A DNA stretch of 64,000 nucleotides from Planctomycetota bacterium (GTDB lineage: Bacteria > Planctomycetota > GCA-002687715 > CAIWVZ01), in contig JBGANV010000002.1 of NCBI GenBank assembly GCA_044222185.1, positions 416,001-480,000 on the forward strand, given 5' to 3'. The position numbers were made by a program, and so were the translations under genes. The number at the start of each line of letters is the position of its first letter. Position 1 is the first letter of the stretch. The notes under the pieces are model-generated. The model did no database searches. It was not told the DNA's origin and saw nothing but the letters and a program-made list of their open reading frames with translations. Shown here one piece after another: positions 1 through 8,806 of the stretch.

Positions 1-2
1 CC

Positions 3-1169
3 GAGGGGAGACGTCTCGTCGCCGAAGCGGGCGAGCGCACGCCGATCGCGTGGCTCCCGCGCGAGCAGCGATACCAGGAGAAGCTTGCGACGCCCGACGT
101 CAGCATGGCCGACTTGATCGGCGACCTCGATCCGGTGAAAGCCGCCGCCACGGGACGCTCGTTGATCGATGAAGAGGCCATCGCCTACGGGATCATCCCA
201 CGCACGAATCGCGGCATCTTCGCCATCAACGAACTGCCCGACCTGGCACCACGGATCCAGGTCGCGCTGCTGAACATCATGGAGGAGCGCGACGTCCAGA
301 TCCGCGGCTTTCCCATGCGACTGCCGCTGGACCTGATGCTCTGCTTCTCCGCGAACCCGGAGGACTACACCAAGCGGGGCAACCTCATCACGCCTCTCCG
401 CGACCGCATCGCGGCGCAGATCCACACGCACTACCCCAAGTCGTTGGCAGATGCGATCGACATCACTGCGCAGGAGGCATGGACGGCCCGCGAGGGTCCG
501 ACCGTCGTCATCCCTGCACTCGCGCGGGAGCTCGTCGAGCAGGTGGCCATGGAAGCGCGGAGCTCCGATTGGGTCGATCAGTCGTCCGGCGTCTCGGCCC
601 GACTCACCATGGCGCTCCTCGAGGCCGCCGTCAGCAACGCCGAGCGCCGCGCGATCCGCAACCGTGAGACGAAGGCAATCATTCGGATCAGCGACTTCTT
701 TCGGGCCACGCCGGCCATCGTGGGAAAGGTCGAGCTCGTCTTCGAAGGAGAGCGCGAAGGCCCCGAGAAAGTCGCGACGCATCTCGTCGGGAAGGCGGTC
801 GAACACGTCTTCGATCGGCGGTGTCCGGACTTCTTCTCCGCCAAGGAAGGCGCATCCCCGTACGACCCGATCTCCACGTTCTTCAAGAAGGGCGGGAAGG
901 TCGTCTGTGACGACGTCACGACGGAGAAACTGGCGCTCGAGCGACTCTCGGCCGTCGGCGGGCTGGATGTGCTCGTGTCGCAGTTCCTCGGCAACGTCGA
1001 GGTCGAAGCGAGCGTGTTCGCCCGCGAGTTGATCCTCGAAGGTCTTCATCAGCACGCGGTCCTCGCGAAAGAGATGTCCCACGATGGGGCCGCCTTCACC
1101 GACATGGTGTCGCGCATGATGGAAGACTTCGGCGAGGGCAAGCGAAAGCGCAAGGGACGTGACCCGTGA
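3..1169 (+). CDS. Mg-chelatase/MoxR-like AAA+ ATPase (5'-truncated by window edge)
   Basis: Frame is open from base 3 (EGRRLVAE...EKLATPDVSMADLIGD). Has Walker B-like FAINELPDL, sensor SANPEDY and Arg finger LRDR. Stop overlaps the start of the VWA gene (GTGA). Confidence 0.85.
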   Translation, partial: EGRRLVAEAGERTPIAWLPREQRYQEKLATPDVSMADLIGDLDPVKAAATGRSLIDEEAIAYGIIPRTNRGIFAINELPDLAPRIQVALLNIMEERDVQIRGFPMRLPLDLMLCFSANPEDYTKRGNLITPLRDRIAAQIHTHYPKSLADAIDITAQEAWTAREGPTVVIPALARELVEQVAMEARSSDWVDQSSGVSARLTMALLEAAVSNAERRAIRNRETKAIIRISDFFRATPAIVGKVELVFEGEREGPEKVATHLVGKAVEHVFDRRCPDFFSAKEGASPYDPISTFFKKGGKVVCDDVTTEKLALERLSAVGGLDVLVSQFLGNVEVEASVFARELILEGLHQHAVLAKEMSHDGAAFTDMVSRMMEDFGEGKRKRKGRDP

Positions 1170-2284
1170 TCTTCCGGTACCTCGCGTTCGATCCGACGCG
1201 CCATGCACGGAAGGACCGGTTCCACCAGCTTCGCTCGGCATTCAACCTGCTCCTCACGAAGACGGCAGGCGACGTGGACGAGGCGCTCGAATGGCTGCGC
1301 GAGCTGGGAGCCCGTCATCGGTGGTTCGACGAGAGCTACGAGTTCGACGACTTCGTGCGCGACCTGCTCGGCGACGGCACCGTCGAGCGCGATCGGCCCG
1401 GCGGCACCGGTGGTTTGAAGCTGACGGGGAAGGGTGAGCGGACGTTGCGCGAATCCGCCCTGGAGCGGGTGTTCACGTCGCTCGCCACGGGATCGCCCGG
1501 CGATCATCGCACGCCCCACGCGGGCGGCGCCGGTGACGAGACCGAGGACACGCGGCCCTGGGCCTTCGGGGACCCCATCGACCAGGTCGCCTGGACGCCG
1601 ACCCTTCGCAACGCGCTAGGCCGCATGGCTGCCGACCGGACGCCCGGCGCGCCGCGGTTCCGCATCCGCGAGGACGACATCGAGATCCGCGAACGGGAAG
1701 CACAGACCGGATGCGCCACGGTGCTGCTCCTCGACATCTCCCACAGCATGGTCCTCTACGGCGAGGATCGCATGATGAAGGCCCGCGAGGTCGCGCTCGC
1801 GCTCCACGAGCTGATCACGAACCGGTACGAGAAGGACACGCTCGACCTCGTACTTTTCGGCGACGACGCCGAGCACGTGCCTCTTCACCGCATCCCTTAC
1901 GTGCAGGCCGGTCCGTACCACACCAACACGAAGGCCGGCCTCCAAATGGCGCTCGACATCCTGCGCAGCAGGCGCCACGCCAATCGTCAGATCTTCCTCG
2001 TGACGGACGGCAAGCCCTCGGCGCTCTGGCGGGATGGCAGTCTTTACAAAAACCCGTTCGGCCTGGACGACGAGATCGTCAACCGCACCCTGGACGAGGC
2101 CCTTCGGTGCCGAAAGGCCGGCGTAACGGTCACGACGTTCATGGTCGCCGCGGATCCCGTCCTCGTCAGTTTCGTCGAGGATTTCACCCGGCGGAACCGT
2201 GGCCGCGCCTACTTCACCGGCACGAACGAACTCGGCGCGACGCTTTTCGTCGACTACCTACGCAACCGACGAACGCGCGTCTAA
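1166..2284 (+). CDS. VWA (von Willebrand A) domain protein, partner of the AAA+ ATPase
   Basis: MIDAS motif LLDISHSM, HTN, and VTDGKP; coupled to the upstream ATPase. Confidence 0.88.
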   Translation: MIFRYLAFDPTRHARKDRFHQLRSAFNLLLTKTAGDVDEALEWLRELGARHRWFDESYEFDDFVRDLLGDGTVERDRPGGTGGLKLTGKGERTLRESALERVFTSLATGSPGDHRTPHAGGAGDETEDTRPWAFGDPIDQVAWTPTLRNALGRMAADRTPGAPRFRIREDDIEIREREAQTGCATVLLLDISHSMVLYGEDRMMKAREVALALHELITNRYEKDTLDLVLFGDDAEHVPLHRIPYVQAGPYHTNTKAGLQMALDILRSRRHANRQIFLVTDGKPSALWRDGSLYKNPFGLDDEIVNRTLDEALRCRKAGVTVTTFMVAADPVLVSFVEDFTRRNRGRAYFTGTNELGATLFVDYLRNRRTRV

Positions 2285-2326
2285 GCTCTCGCCTCGCGAC
2301 GCGGGGCCCGCGGCGCATGGCACGTC

Positions 2327-3199
2327 ATGAAGATCCTCACCGATTTCGACGGCGTTCTGACCGACCTCGCGAGCGAGGCTCGCCGCGTTCGTTCGATCTT
2401 CGAGGATGAACTCGGACGTCTGACGGACGTGGGGCAGGCCCTCCTAACCCAGGTTCTTGGGCGCGCCGAGGCGGCCATGGTCGCCGAGCCGCACCGACAC
2501 GGATGGCGCGTCAACGGACGGATCACGGCGTTCTCGAACGAGGACGGGTTCATCCAGGTGAATGGCCTCGCTGCGTGTCTGGACGACCTCGCGAAGAACG
2601 ACGTCACGGTGCGCTATTGGCGATCGCAGTTGAACAGCAAGGGCATCGCGGATTTCCCCGCGCTCGCTCAAGCCTCCTACCTCCAGATGGCCGCCGAGAC
2701 CGCCGCCGGGCAGCTCCACCCGATCGACGAGCGCGCCGCCGAGTCGTTGAAGCGCCTCATCGCGGACGGGGTGCAGATCGTGGTCGTCTCCAACTCTGGA
2801 ACGGAGCGCATCTGTCAGATCCTCTCCGCCGCCGGGCTCCAGCCCGAAGTACACGACCCATCGAAGAGGCAGGGCCCGCTGCGTGTGCGCGGCGGCGCCC
2901 GCAAGTTCATGCTGGGACGTGAGCCGAAGATCCTGCCCGTCGGGCCCTACGCCGTCGAGCTCGATCGTCCGCATTACGAGGCGATCCTGATGGAGGAGCG
3001 GCCCGACGTCGTCATCGGCGACGTCTTCTCGCTCGACCTCGCGCTTCCGCTGGCCATGGCGCGCGAAGGGCGTGCGCTGCCTCGCAACGCGCGGCTCGTG
3101 TTGCGACGCCGCCCCTACACGCCCGCCTGGTCCGCGGCGTTTCTCGAGAGCGCTCCCACCGAGGAGATCCGTTGTGAGCTCGCAGACACCTTCGCCTGA
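2327..3199 (+). CDS. HAD-superfamily hydrolase/phosphatase
   Basis: Motif I DFDGVL, motif II VVSNS, motif IV IGDVFSLD. Confidence 0.75.
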   Translation: MKILTDFDGVLTDLASEARRVRSIFEDELGRLTDVGQALLTQVLGRAEAAMVAEPHRHGWRVNGRITAFSNEDGFIQVNGLAACLDDLAKNDVTVRYWRSQLNSKGIADFPALAQASYLQMAAETAAGQLHPIDERAAESLKRLIADGVQIVVVSNSGTERICQILSAAGLQPEVHDPSKRQGPLRVRGGARKFMLGREPKILPVGPYAVELDRPHYEAILMEERPDVVIGDVFSLDLALPLAMAREGRALPRNARLVLRRRPYTPAWSAAFLESAPTEEIRCELADTFA

Positions 3200-4520
3200 T
3201 GCTGCTGCGGCTGCCGTGGGGTCGGCCATTCCGGTTCATGCTCCGGAATTTCGCAAGCGTCGCGCACTGAACTGGTTCACACTCGGGCTCACCTACGCAG
3301 CCATGTACATGGCTCGCTACAACTTCCCGTTTGCCAACAAGGCGTTGAGCGACGCCTATGGGTGGGACAAGAAAACCGTCGGCCTGATCATCAGCCTGTC
3401 GACGCTGTTCTACGGCCTCTCCGCGATCTTCAACGGGCCGATCGCCGACAAGCTCGGCGGCCGGCGCGCGATGCTGATCGGTGCGGTTGGAGCACTCGTA
3501 TTCAACGTCCTGTTCGGACTGGGCGCATACATCGGTGCCCTCGGAACCGGTCCGCTACTCCTCGGGTATCTCGCGACGATCTGGACGCTGAACATGTACT
3601 TCCAGTCGTACAGCGCGCTGGCCCTAATCAAGGTGAATTCTGCCTGGTTTCACGTGACCGAGCGCGGCGTGTTCTCAGCGATCTTCGGCTCGATGATTCA
3701 GAGCGGGCGCTTCGCCGTGTTCCTGCTGATGTCGATGAGCGCGGTCGTCGCACTCCCGTGGCAATGGAAGTTCTTCCTACCCGCAACGATCGTCGCCGTG
3801 TTCACCGTGTTGACCTACAAGTTCGTTCGCGACACACCAAAGGACGTCGGGCTCGCGGATTTCGACACCCAGGATGCCACGAGTGGAGACACGGAGCCGA
3901 TCACGCTCGCGTACGTGGCGCGGAAGATCTTCACGAACCCGATCGCGTTGACGGTGGCTGCGGCCGAATTCTGCACCGGCGTCGTTCGCAAGGGCATCGA
4001 GGAGTGGTTCCCGCGCTACATGGAGGAGTTCCTCCATCTGAAACAGGACAGCCCGGTATTTCAGAAGAACGCCGGCATGATCGTCGTCGCGGGCATAATC
4101 GGTGCTTTCGCTGCGGGGACGCTCTCCGACAAGTTGTTCGGATGCCGACGCACGCCAGTGGCGTTCATCGGCTACGTGCTGCAGGTCATTTGTCTCGTCG
4201 TCCTGTGGAAGGTCGCCGACATCGACTTCGTCGTGGCAGCCTTCGTCGTGAACTCCTTTGCCATCTCCATGGTTCACTCGATGCTCTCGGGCACGGCATC
4301 CATGGATTTGGGCGGGAAGCGCGCGGCGGCCACCGCGGCGGGAATGTTCGACGGCATGCAATACGTAGGCGGCTCGCTTGCGGGCTTCGGGCTCGGCTCC
4401 CTCTTGGATTCGTTCGGGTGGGGGATCTGGGGACCGAGCCTCCTCGGCTTCTCCGTGATCGGCGCCATCCTCATGGCCCGCCTGTGGAACGTTCGCCCCC
4501 GAGGGCGTGCCGCGCACTGA
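3174..4520 (+). CDS. MFS transporter, GlpT/UhpT (organophosphate:Pi antiporter)-like
   Basis: About 12 hydrophobic segments with YAAMYMARYN, GPIADKLGGRR, WFHVTERG and GTLSDK. GTG start at 3174 follows RBS GAGGAG. Confidence 0.85.
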   Translation: MSSQTPSPDAAAAAVGSAIPVHAPEFRKRRALNWFTLGLTYAAMYMARYNFPFANKALSDAYGWDKKTVGLIISLSTLFYGLSAIFNGPIADKLGGRRAMLIGAVGALVFNVLFGLGAYIGALGTGPLLLGYLATIWTLNMYFQSYSALALIKVNSAWFHVTERGVFSAIFGSMIQSGRFAVFLLMSMSAVVALPWQWKFFLPATIVAVFTVLTYKFVRDTPKDVGLADFDTQDATSGDTEPITLAYVARKIFTNPIALTVAAAEFCTGVVRKGIEEWFPRYMEEFLHLKQDSPVFQKNAGMIVVAGIIGAFAAGTLSDKLFGCRRTPVAFIGYVLQVICLVVLWKVADIDFVVAAFVVNSFAISMVHSMLSGTASMDLGGKRAAATAAGMFDGMQYVGGSLAGFGLGSLLDSFGWGIWGPSLLGFSVIGAILMARLWNVRPRGRAAH

Positions 4521-4564
4521 GCCCGCGCGCCGCCCGGTTTGACGCCGTCGATCGGACCGTCGAC

Positions 4565-4583
4565 TTTGCAATCCAACTGCAAA
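4565..4583. promoter_or_regulatory. Operator-like inverted repeat TTTGCA-N7-TGCAAA upstream of the ATPase gene
   Basis: Perfect AT-rich 6-bp arms 13 bp before ATG 4597; TTGACG at 4539 may be a -35 element. Confidence 0.45.
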
Positions 4584-4596
4584 CTGGACGGTTCCC

Positions 4597-5823
4597 ATGT
4601 TCCATCAACGCGCGCTCGGCGACACGATTCGCAAGACATCGGCACAGTTCCCGGTGCTGATGGTTGCTGGTCCGCGCCAGGTCGGGAAAACCACGATCCT
4701 CCGCCACCAAGCCGGGAAGGGGAGGCGCCACGTCACACTCGACGACCCGACCGCACGGGCGTTGGCCGAGCGTGACCCCGTTCTGTTTCTCGAGCGGTAC
4801 GAGCCGCCCGTACTCATCGACGAGATCCAGTACGCAGCCGGCCTGCTCGCTCACATCAAAATGGCCGTCGACAAGCGACCCCGCGCGCGCGGCGCCTACT
4901 GGGTGACGGGATCTCAGCAGTTCCACATGATGAAGGGCCTCTCCGAGACTCTTGCGGGCAGGATCGGGATCCTGAATCTCCTGGGGTTCAGCGAACGCGA
5001 GCGGCGGCGGTTGCCACTGGATCTCCCGCCTTTCGTGCCGAGTCGGACGATCATCGACGAGAGAGCCTCGCAAACGACGCGCATGACCGCGGCAAGAGTC
5101 TTCGAGCACATATGGACGGGAAGTTGCCCGGCCCTCGCGACGAGGCAGGTGCGAGACCGAGACGTCTTCTACGGGTCCTATCTTCAGACGTACTTGCAGC
5201 GTGACGTGAGAGATCTCGCCCGAGTCGGAAACGAGGGGTCCTTCGTTCGGTTCCTCAGGGCGTGTGCCGCGCGAACCGCGCAGCTGGTGAACTTGTCCGA
5301 TCTCGCTCGGGACGCCGACGTGGCCGTCAACACGGCAAAGGCGTGGCTTTCGATCCTGCAAGCGAGTTTCCAGATCGCGCTCGTCCAGCCATACCACAGC
5401 AACCTCACGACGCGGCTCGTGAAGATGCCCAAGCTCTATTTCCTCGACACGGGCCTGTGCGCCTACCTGACCGACTGGTCGAGCCCAGAAACGCTCGAGG
5501 CCGGAGCCATGGGCGGAGCGATATTCGGAACGTTCGTCTTCACCGAGATCCTCAAGAGCTGGTGGAATCGCGGCAAGACGGCACCGATCTTCTACTACCG
5601 CGACAAGGATCAGCGAGAGATGGACTTCGTTCTCGTGCAGGACGATCGGTATTTCGCCATCGAAGTCAAGAAGTCAGCAAGTCCGTGCGACGATTGGACG
5701 CGCAACATGACGGCCTTGGATCGGTTCGCGAAGCGGCCAGCCGAAGGTGCAGTGGTGTGCCTCGCGCGCGAGCCGAACTGGCTGACGCGAACGGTGCAGG
5801 TCGTGCCCGTGTCGGTCCTCTGA
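4597..5823 (+). CDS. AAA_14 family ATPase with C-terminal DUF4143 (PD-(D/E)xK-like) domain
   Basis: Walker A GPRQVGKTT, Walker B LIDEIQ, TGS, ETLAGR, KLYFLDTG, YYRD..QREMDF..AIEVK. Confidence 0.9.
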   Translation: MFHQRALGDTIRKTSAQFPVLMVAGPRQVGKTTILRHQAGKGRRHVTLDDPTARALAERDPVLFLERYEPPVLIDEIQYAAGLLAHIKMAVDKRPRARGAYWVTGSQQFHMMKGLSETLAGRIGILNLLGFSERERRRLPLDLPPFVPSRTIIDERASQTTRMTAARVFEHIWTGSCPALATRQVRDRDVFYGSYLQTYLQRDVRDLARVGNEGSFVRFLRACAARTAQLVNLSDLARDADVAVNTAKAWLSILQASFQIALVQPYHSNLTTRLVKMPKLYFLDTGLCAYLTDWSSPETLEAGAMGGAIFGTFVFTEILKSWWNRGKTAPIFYYRDKDQREMDFVLVQDDRYFAIEVKKSASPCDDWTRNMTALDRFAKRPAEGAVVCLAREPNWLTRTVQVVPVSVL

Positions 5824-5856
5824 CCCCTGGGTCGAAAGTCCTCGCCCGAGCAGCGG

Positions 5857-7851
5857 TCAATTGCCGTCGACGATGGGCAGAAGCACGTCGCGGTCGTTCG
5901 CCCGCAGTCGCACCGAAAGGTCGCCCTGCACTGCATCCGGCAGGGTGATGACGGCCTGCCAGAACACATGATCGAGATCCAAGGCCTCGTGACGTGGCTG
6001 ATCGACTTGCGAGACCCGGATCCAGGGCCGCCGGTCGTCGAGCGGTGCATTGCCGAACACGACGACCTCGCGCTGGCCCGCGACCCGCCGCTCGATCTGG
6101 ACCACTGGCCCCATGGCGAACCCGATCGAGGAGACGCGCGGCATCCGCCACCGCAGGATGGCGACACCCGATGGGTCTCGTACGACTTCCGACTGAAGTG
6201 GCTCGATGCGCTGCCGTTCATCCAGCAGGTTCGGGGCGAAGATGTTCACGGGCACGGTGTCGAATCCAACCGGCCCAGGCGCAGGGGGCGTGTTCGGCGC
6301 GCCGATCAACGCGCCAGACATGCACGCGATCAGGTGCGGCACCGACCACTTGCCCCACAAGGTGTGCGCCCCTTCGTAGTCCTGGACGTCGAACTCCTCC
6401 GGCGTCGTGAAGTACCCCGAGTAGTCGCCCGCATAGCCGATGACCGCGACGTCGGTCACGCCGCTCAGCATCGCCTGCGCGATGCGTTCGATGCGCAAGC
6501 CCGCGACGACCGTGGGTTCGCCGGGAACGGTGACGAAGGCCGATGACCCCATGCGGACGACGTGCATCGGGAGGATCGGCGGAGCTTCGACGCCGAGCAG
6601 GTGATCGGCGATGAACTGGATCGCGCCGGGGAGACTCTTCTTCGGGATCTGCGGTGCATCCGCCGCGAAGTCGGTGGTCGACCGCATGCCTTCGCGAGCG
6701 AGCCCGATCTTCCAGAAGGTCGTGCGTCCGTCCTCCGCCCCGCCGAGCACGGGAGTTCCGACGGCCCATCGTCGGGCGAGCGTCGTCGCCGTCGATCCGC
6801 CGATCGTCTTGTCGCGCGTGTCGCACTCGACGAACCACGAATCGATGGTCAGCGTGGAAGCGGCGCTCAGCTTGGCCGTGGCGGCTGCGTCCACGACGGC
6901 CCGTCCCACGGCAGCGCCCACCGTTCGCGCCAACACCTCACGCCGCGAATCGAGTTCGCGACGCAGCCCGTTGACGTCTCCCGCCGCTCCGTTGGCGCAG
7001 GCGACGATGACGCCGGGCCCGAGCGCTTCCCGCATGGTCTCGACGGCCCATCCCGGCCAGTCCGCGGAGTAGACCGGATCCTCCAACCCGAGCGTCGTGC
7101 TGTGACATGCGAAGAGCCCGAGAACGCCGATCGCCGAATCGGTGCCGTCGGTCCTCCAGGCGCCGAGGGCCACGACGCGCGGCGACACGGCGTGCCGCCT
7201 GTCGTTCTCCGTACCTTCGACGTCGCCCATGGCGACATCGACGCCGAGGTTCGCCGGCGCGGAGCCACCCGGCGACCCGGGCGCATTCCAATCCTGGGAC
7301 TCGACGTTCTGCAAGAAGGCCGTGAGGCTTCGATTCTGTGAAATGCCCCACAGCTCCGAGCGTCCCACACCGATGCGCGCAGGTTGAAGCGCCACCGTCG
7401 CCGCTTCCACGGCATCTGCGATTCGGGACGCCACCCAGTTCGCCCAGGTCTCGTCGAAGCCCTGCGTGGCCTGCGCCATGGAGTCGTAGAGGCTGTTCCC
7501 ATAAAGGTTGCCAGGCCCCGTGTGCGTGTGCGTGCCGCAGAGCACGAGGCGATCGACGCTGATCCCGCAGCTCGGTCCCACGCGCGCTGCGACGGTCTCG
7601 AGCACGTAGCGCGACGCGCAGTGCGTGTCCGTCACGACGAAGGCCGATCGAAGACCGCGAATGTCTTCGAGCACCAACGCCCGGGCGAAGAGGTGACCAA
7701 GCACCCCGCGTCCGGCGCGGCCGTCGACCGAGTAGCCCGCCGTCGAGAAGCCCAGCGGCGGCGTGATGTCGCGCTCGGCAGCTCCAGCATGGCATTGCCC
7801 GCGTGCGGTTGGCGGAAGCGGCGCAGTGCGGTCGATGACGTAGGTCTTCAC
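5857..7851 (-). CDS. Neutral/alkaline non-lysosomal ceramidase family protein
   Basis: DITPP, LFARALVL, THTHTGPG, NRS, GAAGDV, GGAEDG, PGEPT and YSGYFTTPEEFDVQDYEG match the neutral ceramidase motif order. Confidence 0.85.
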   Translation of the reverse strand: MKTYVIDRTAPLPPTARGQCHAGAAERDITPPLGFSTAGYSVDGRAGRGVLGHLFARALVLEDIRGLRSAFVVTDTHCASRYVLETVAARVGPSCGISVDRLVLCGTHTHTGPGNLYGNSLYDSMAQATQGFDETWANWVASRIADAVEAATVALQPARIGVGRSELWGISQNRSLTAFLQNVESQDWNAPGSPGGSAPANLGVDVAMGDVEGTENDRRHAVSPRVVALGAWRTDGTDSAIGVLGLFACHSTTLGLEDPVYSADWPGWAVETMREALGPGVIVACANGAAGDVNGLRRELDSRREVLARTVGAAVGRAVVDAAATAKLSAASTLTIDSWFVECDTRDKTIGGSTATTLARRWAVGTPVLGGAEDGRTTFWKIGLAREGMRSTTDFAADAPQIPKKSLPGAIQFIADHLLGVEAPPILPMHVVRMGSSAFVTVPGEPTVVAGLRIERIAQAMLSGVTDVAVIGYAGDYSGYFTTPEEFDVQDYEGAHTLWGKWSVPHLIACMSGALIGAPNTPPAPGPVGFDTVPVNIFAPNLLDERQRIEPLQSEVVRDPSGVAILRWRMPRVSSIGFAMGPVVQIERRVAGQREVVVFGNAPLDDRRPWIRVSQVDQPRHEALDLDHVFWQAVITLPDAVQGDLSVRLRANDRDVLLPIVDGN

Positions 7852-7855
7852 GGGT

Positions 7856-8806
7856 TCACCCTCGCAGGTTCTTGATGGCCTCGGGGAGCGTCAGCGGCAA
7901 CGTGGCCTCCGGAGGGCAGATCACACCGGCCATGTCGCGGGCGCAGTACCAGCCGTTGATCGACCGCTCGGTGGACTCGACCTTGCCTTTCAGCGTGGTC
8001 GGCCGCGTGTACGTCCGACAGAGCTCGTGCAGCTTCCTGACACCCTGCCAGATGTGCTCGGGCGTCGTGTTGCGCTGTTGCGCACCGGGACCGAGGTCGA
8101 CCGAGATCGCGTCATACGCGAACTGCACGTACGCGGAGGACGGGATCGCGACCCCGCTCGCGAGTGGGTTGGGGACCGAGCCACGTCCCAGGATGAAGCC
8201 GTACCAGGTCGCGAGGAGGCCCGTGAAGTCGAACACACCCTGGTCCAGCGCAGGATGCGTCGCTCGGTCGTGGATCTTCTTCGATTCCTCCGCCGACATC
8301 TCGAAGACGATCACGGCTACGTTCGGGCACGAATGCTCCCGCGCGGGGTGAAAATCGCCTCGGGAGTAGTCACCGAGCCTCCGCGCGGAGACTCCCACGC
8401 GGTCTGCATACGACCCGAACCCGTCCGCCGGTTCCAGCGTGCTCTCGTAGAGCCACGGCCCGCCGCGGCGGATGGACTCGGCAGACGTCGGCAGCTCGTC
8501 GGTCAGGAGGGCGGCGTGGGACCAAAGCGAGGGGCGGCGATCGAGGCGCAGTTCCCGCTGCGCGGAGCGGAACTCGCTTCCGATGTGGCCATATTCGCCC
8601 AGCAGGACGATGGCGGCGCGCGCACCCTGCTTCAGGGAGCGCTCGTCGTCATCCCGTTTCTTGGCGATCGCGCGGCCCACGTGAGCGAAGAACTCGGCGT
8701 TGTCCTTCGACCGGAATGTCCGCGTCAGGTCGACGAGGCCCGTGTTCGTCGTCGCCTTCGGGTCGTAGCGCACTGAGGTGTTTGGGTTCCGCACGTGTGT
8801 CCTCAC
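7856..8806 (-). CDS. Probable permuted papain-like (NlpC/P60, YiiX/YebB-like) protein with Ser at the expected Cys
   Basis: SLWSHAAL...YES precedes FDF...IPSSAYVQFAYDAISVDL...TPEHIW, the His-before-Cys order of permuted NlpC/P60. GTGA overlap with the upstream gene. Confidence 0.55.
   Translation of the reverse strand: MRTHVRNPNTSVRYDPKATTNTGLVDLTRTFRSKDNAEFFAHVGRAIAKKRDDDERSLKQGARAAIVLLGEYGHIGSEFRSAQRELRLDRRPSLWSHAALLTDELPTSAESIRRGGPWLYESTLEPADGFGSYADRVGVSARRLGDYSRGDFHPAREHSCPNVAVIVFEMSAEESKKIHDRATHPALDQGVFDFTGLLATWYGFILGRGSVPNPLASGVAIPSSAYVQFAYDAISVDLGPGAQQRNTTPEHIWQGVRKLHELCRTYTRPTTLKGKVESTERSINGWYCARDMAGVICPPEATLPLTLPEAIKNLRG

Noticed and set aside
3-2284. AAA+/VWA pair as a novel system or photosynthetic Mg-chelatase
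   Set aside because: This is a widely distributed chaperone-like gene pair, and no bch/chl genes are in the window.
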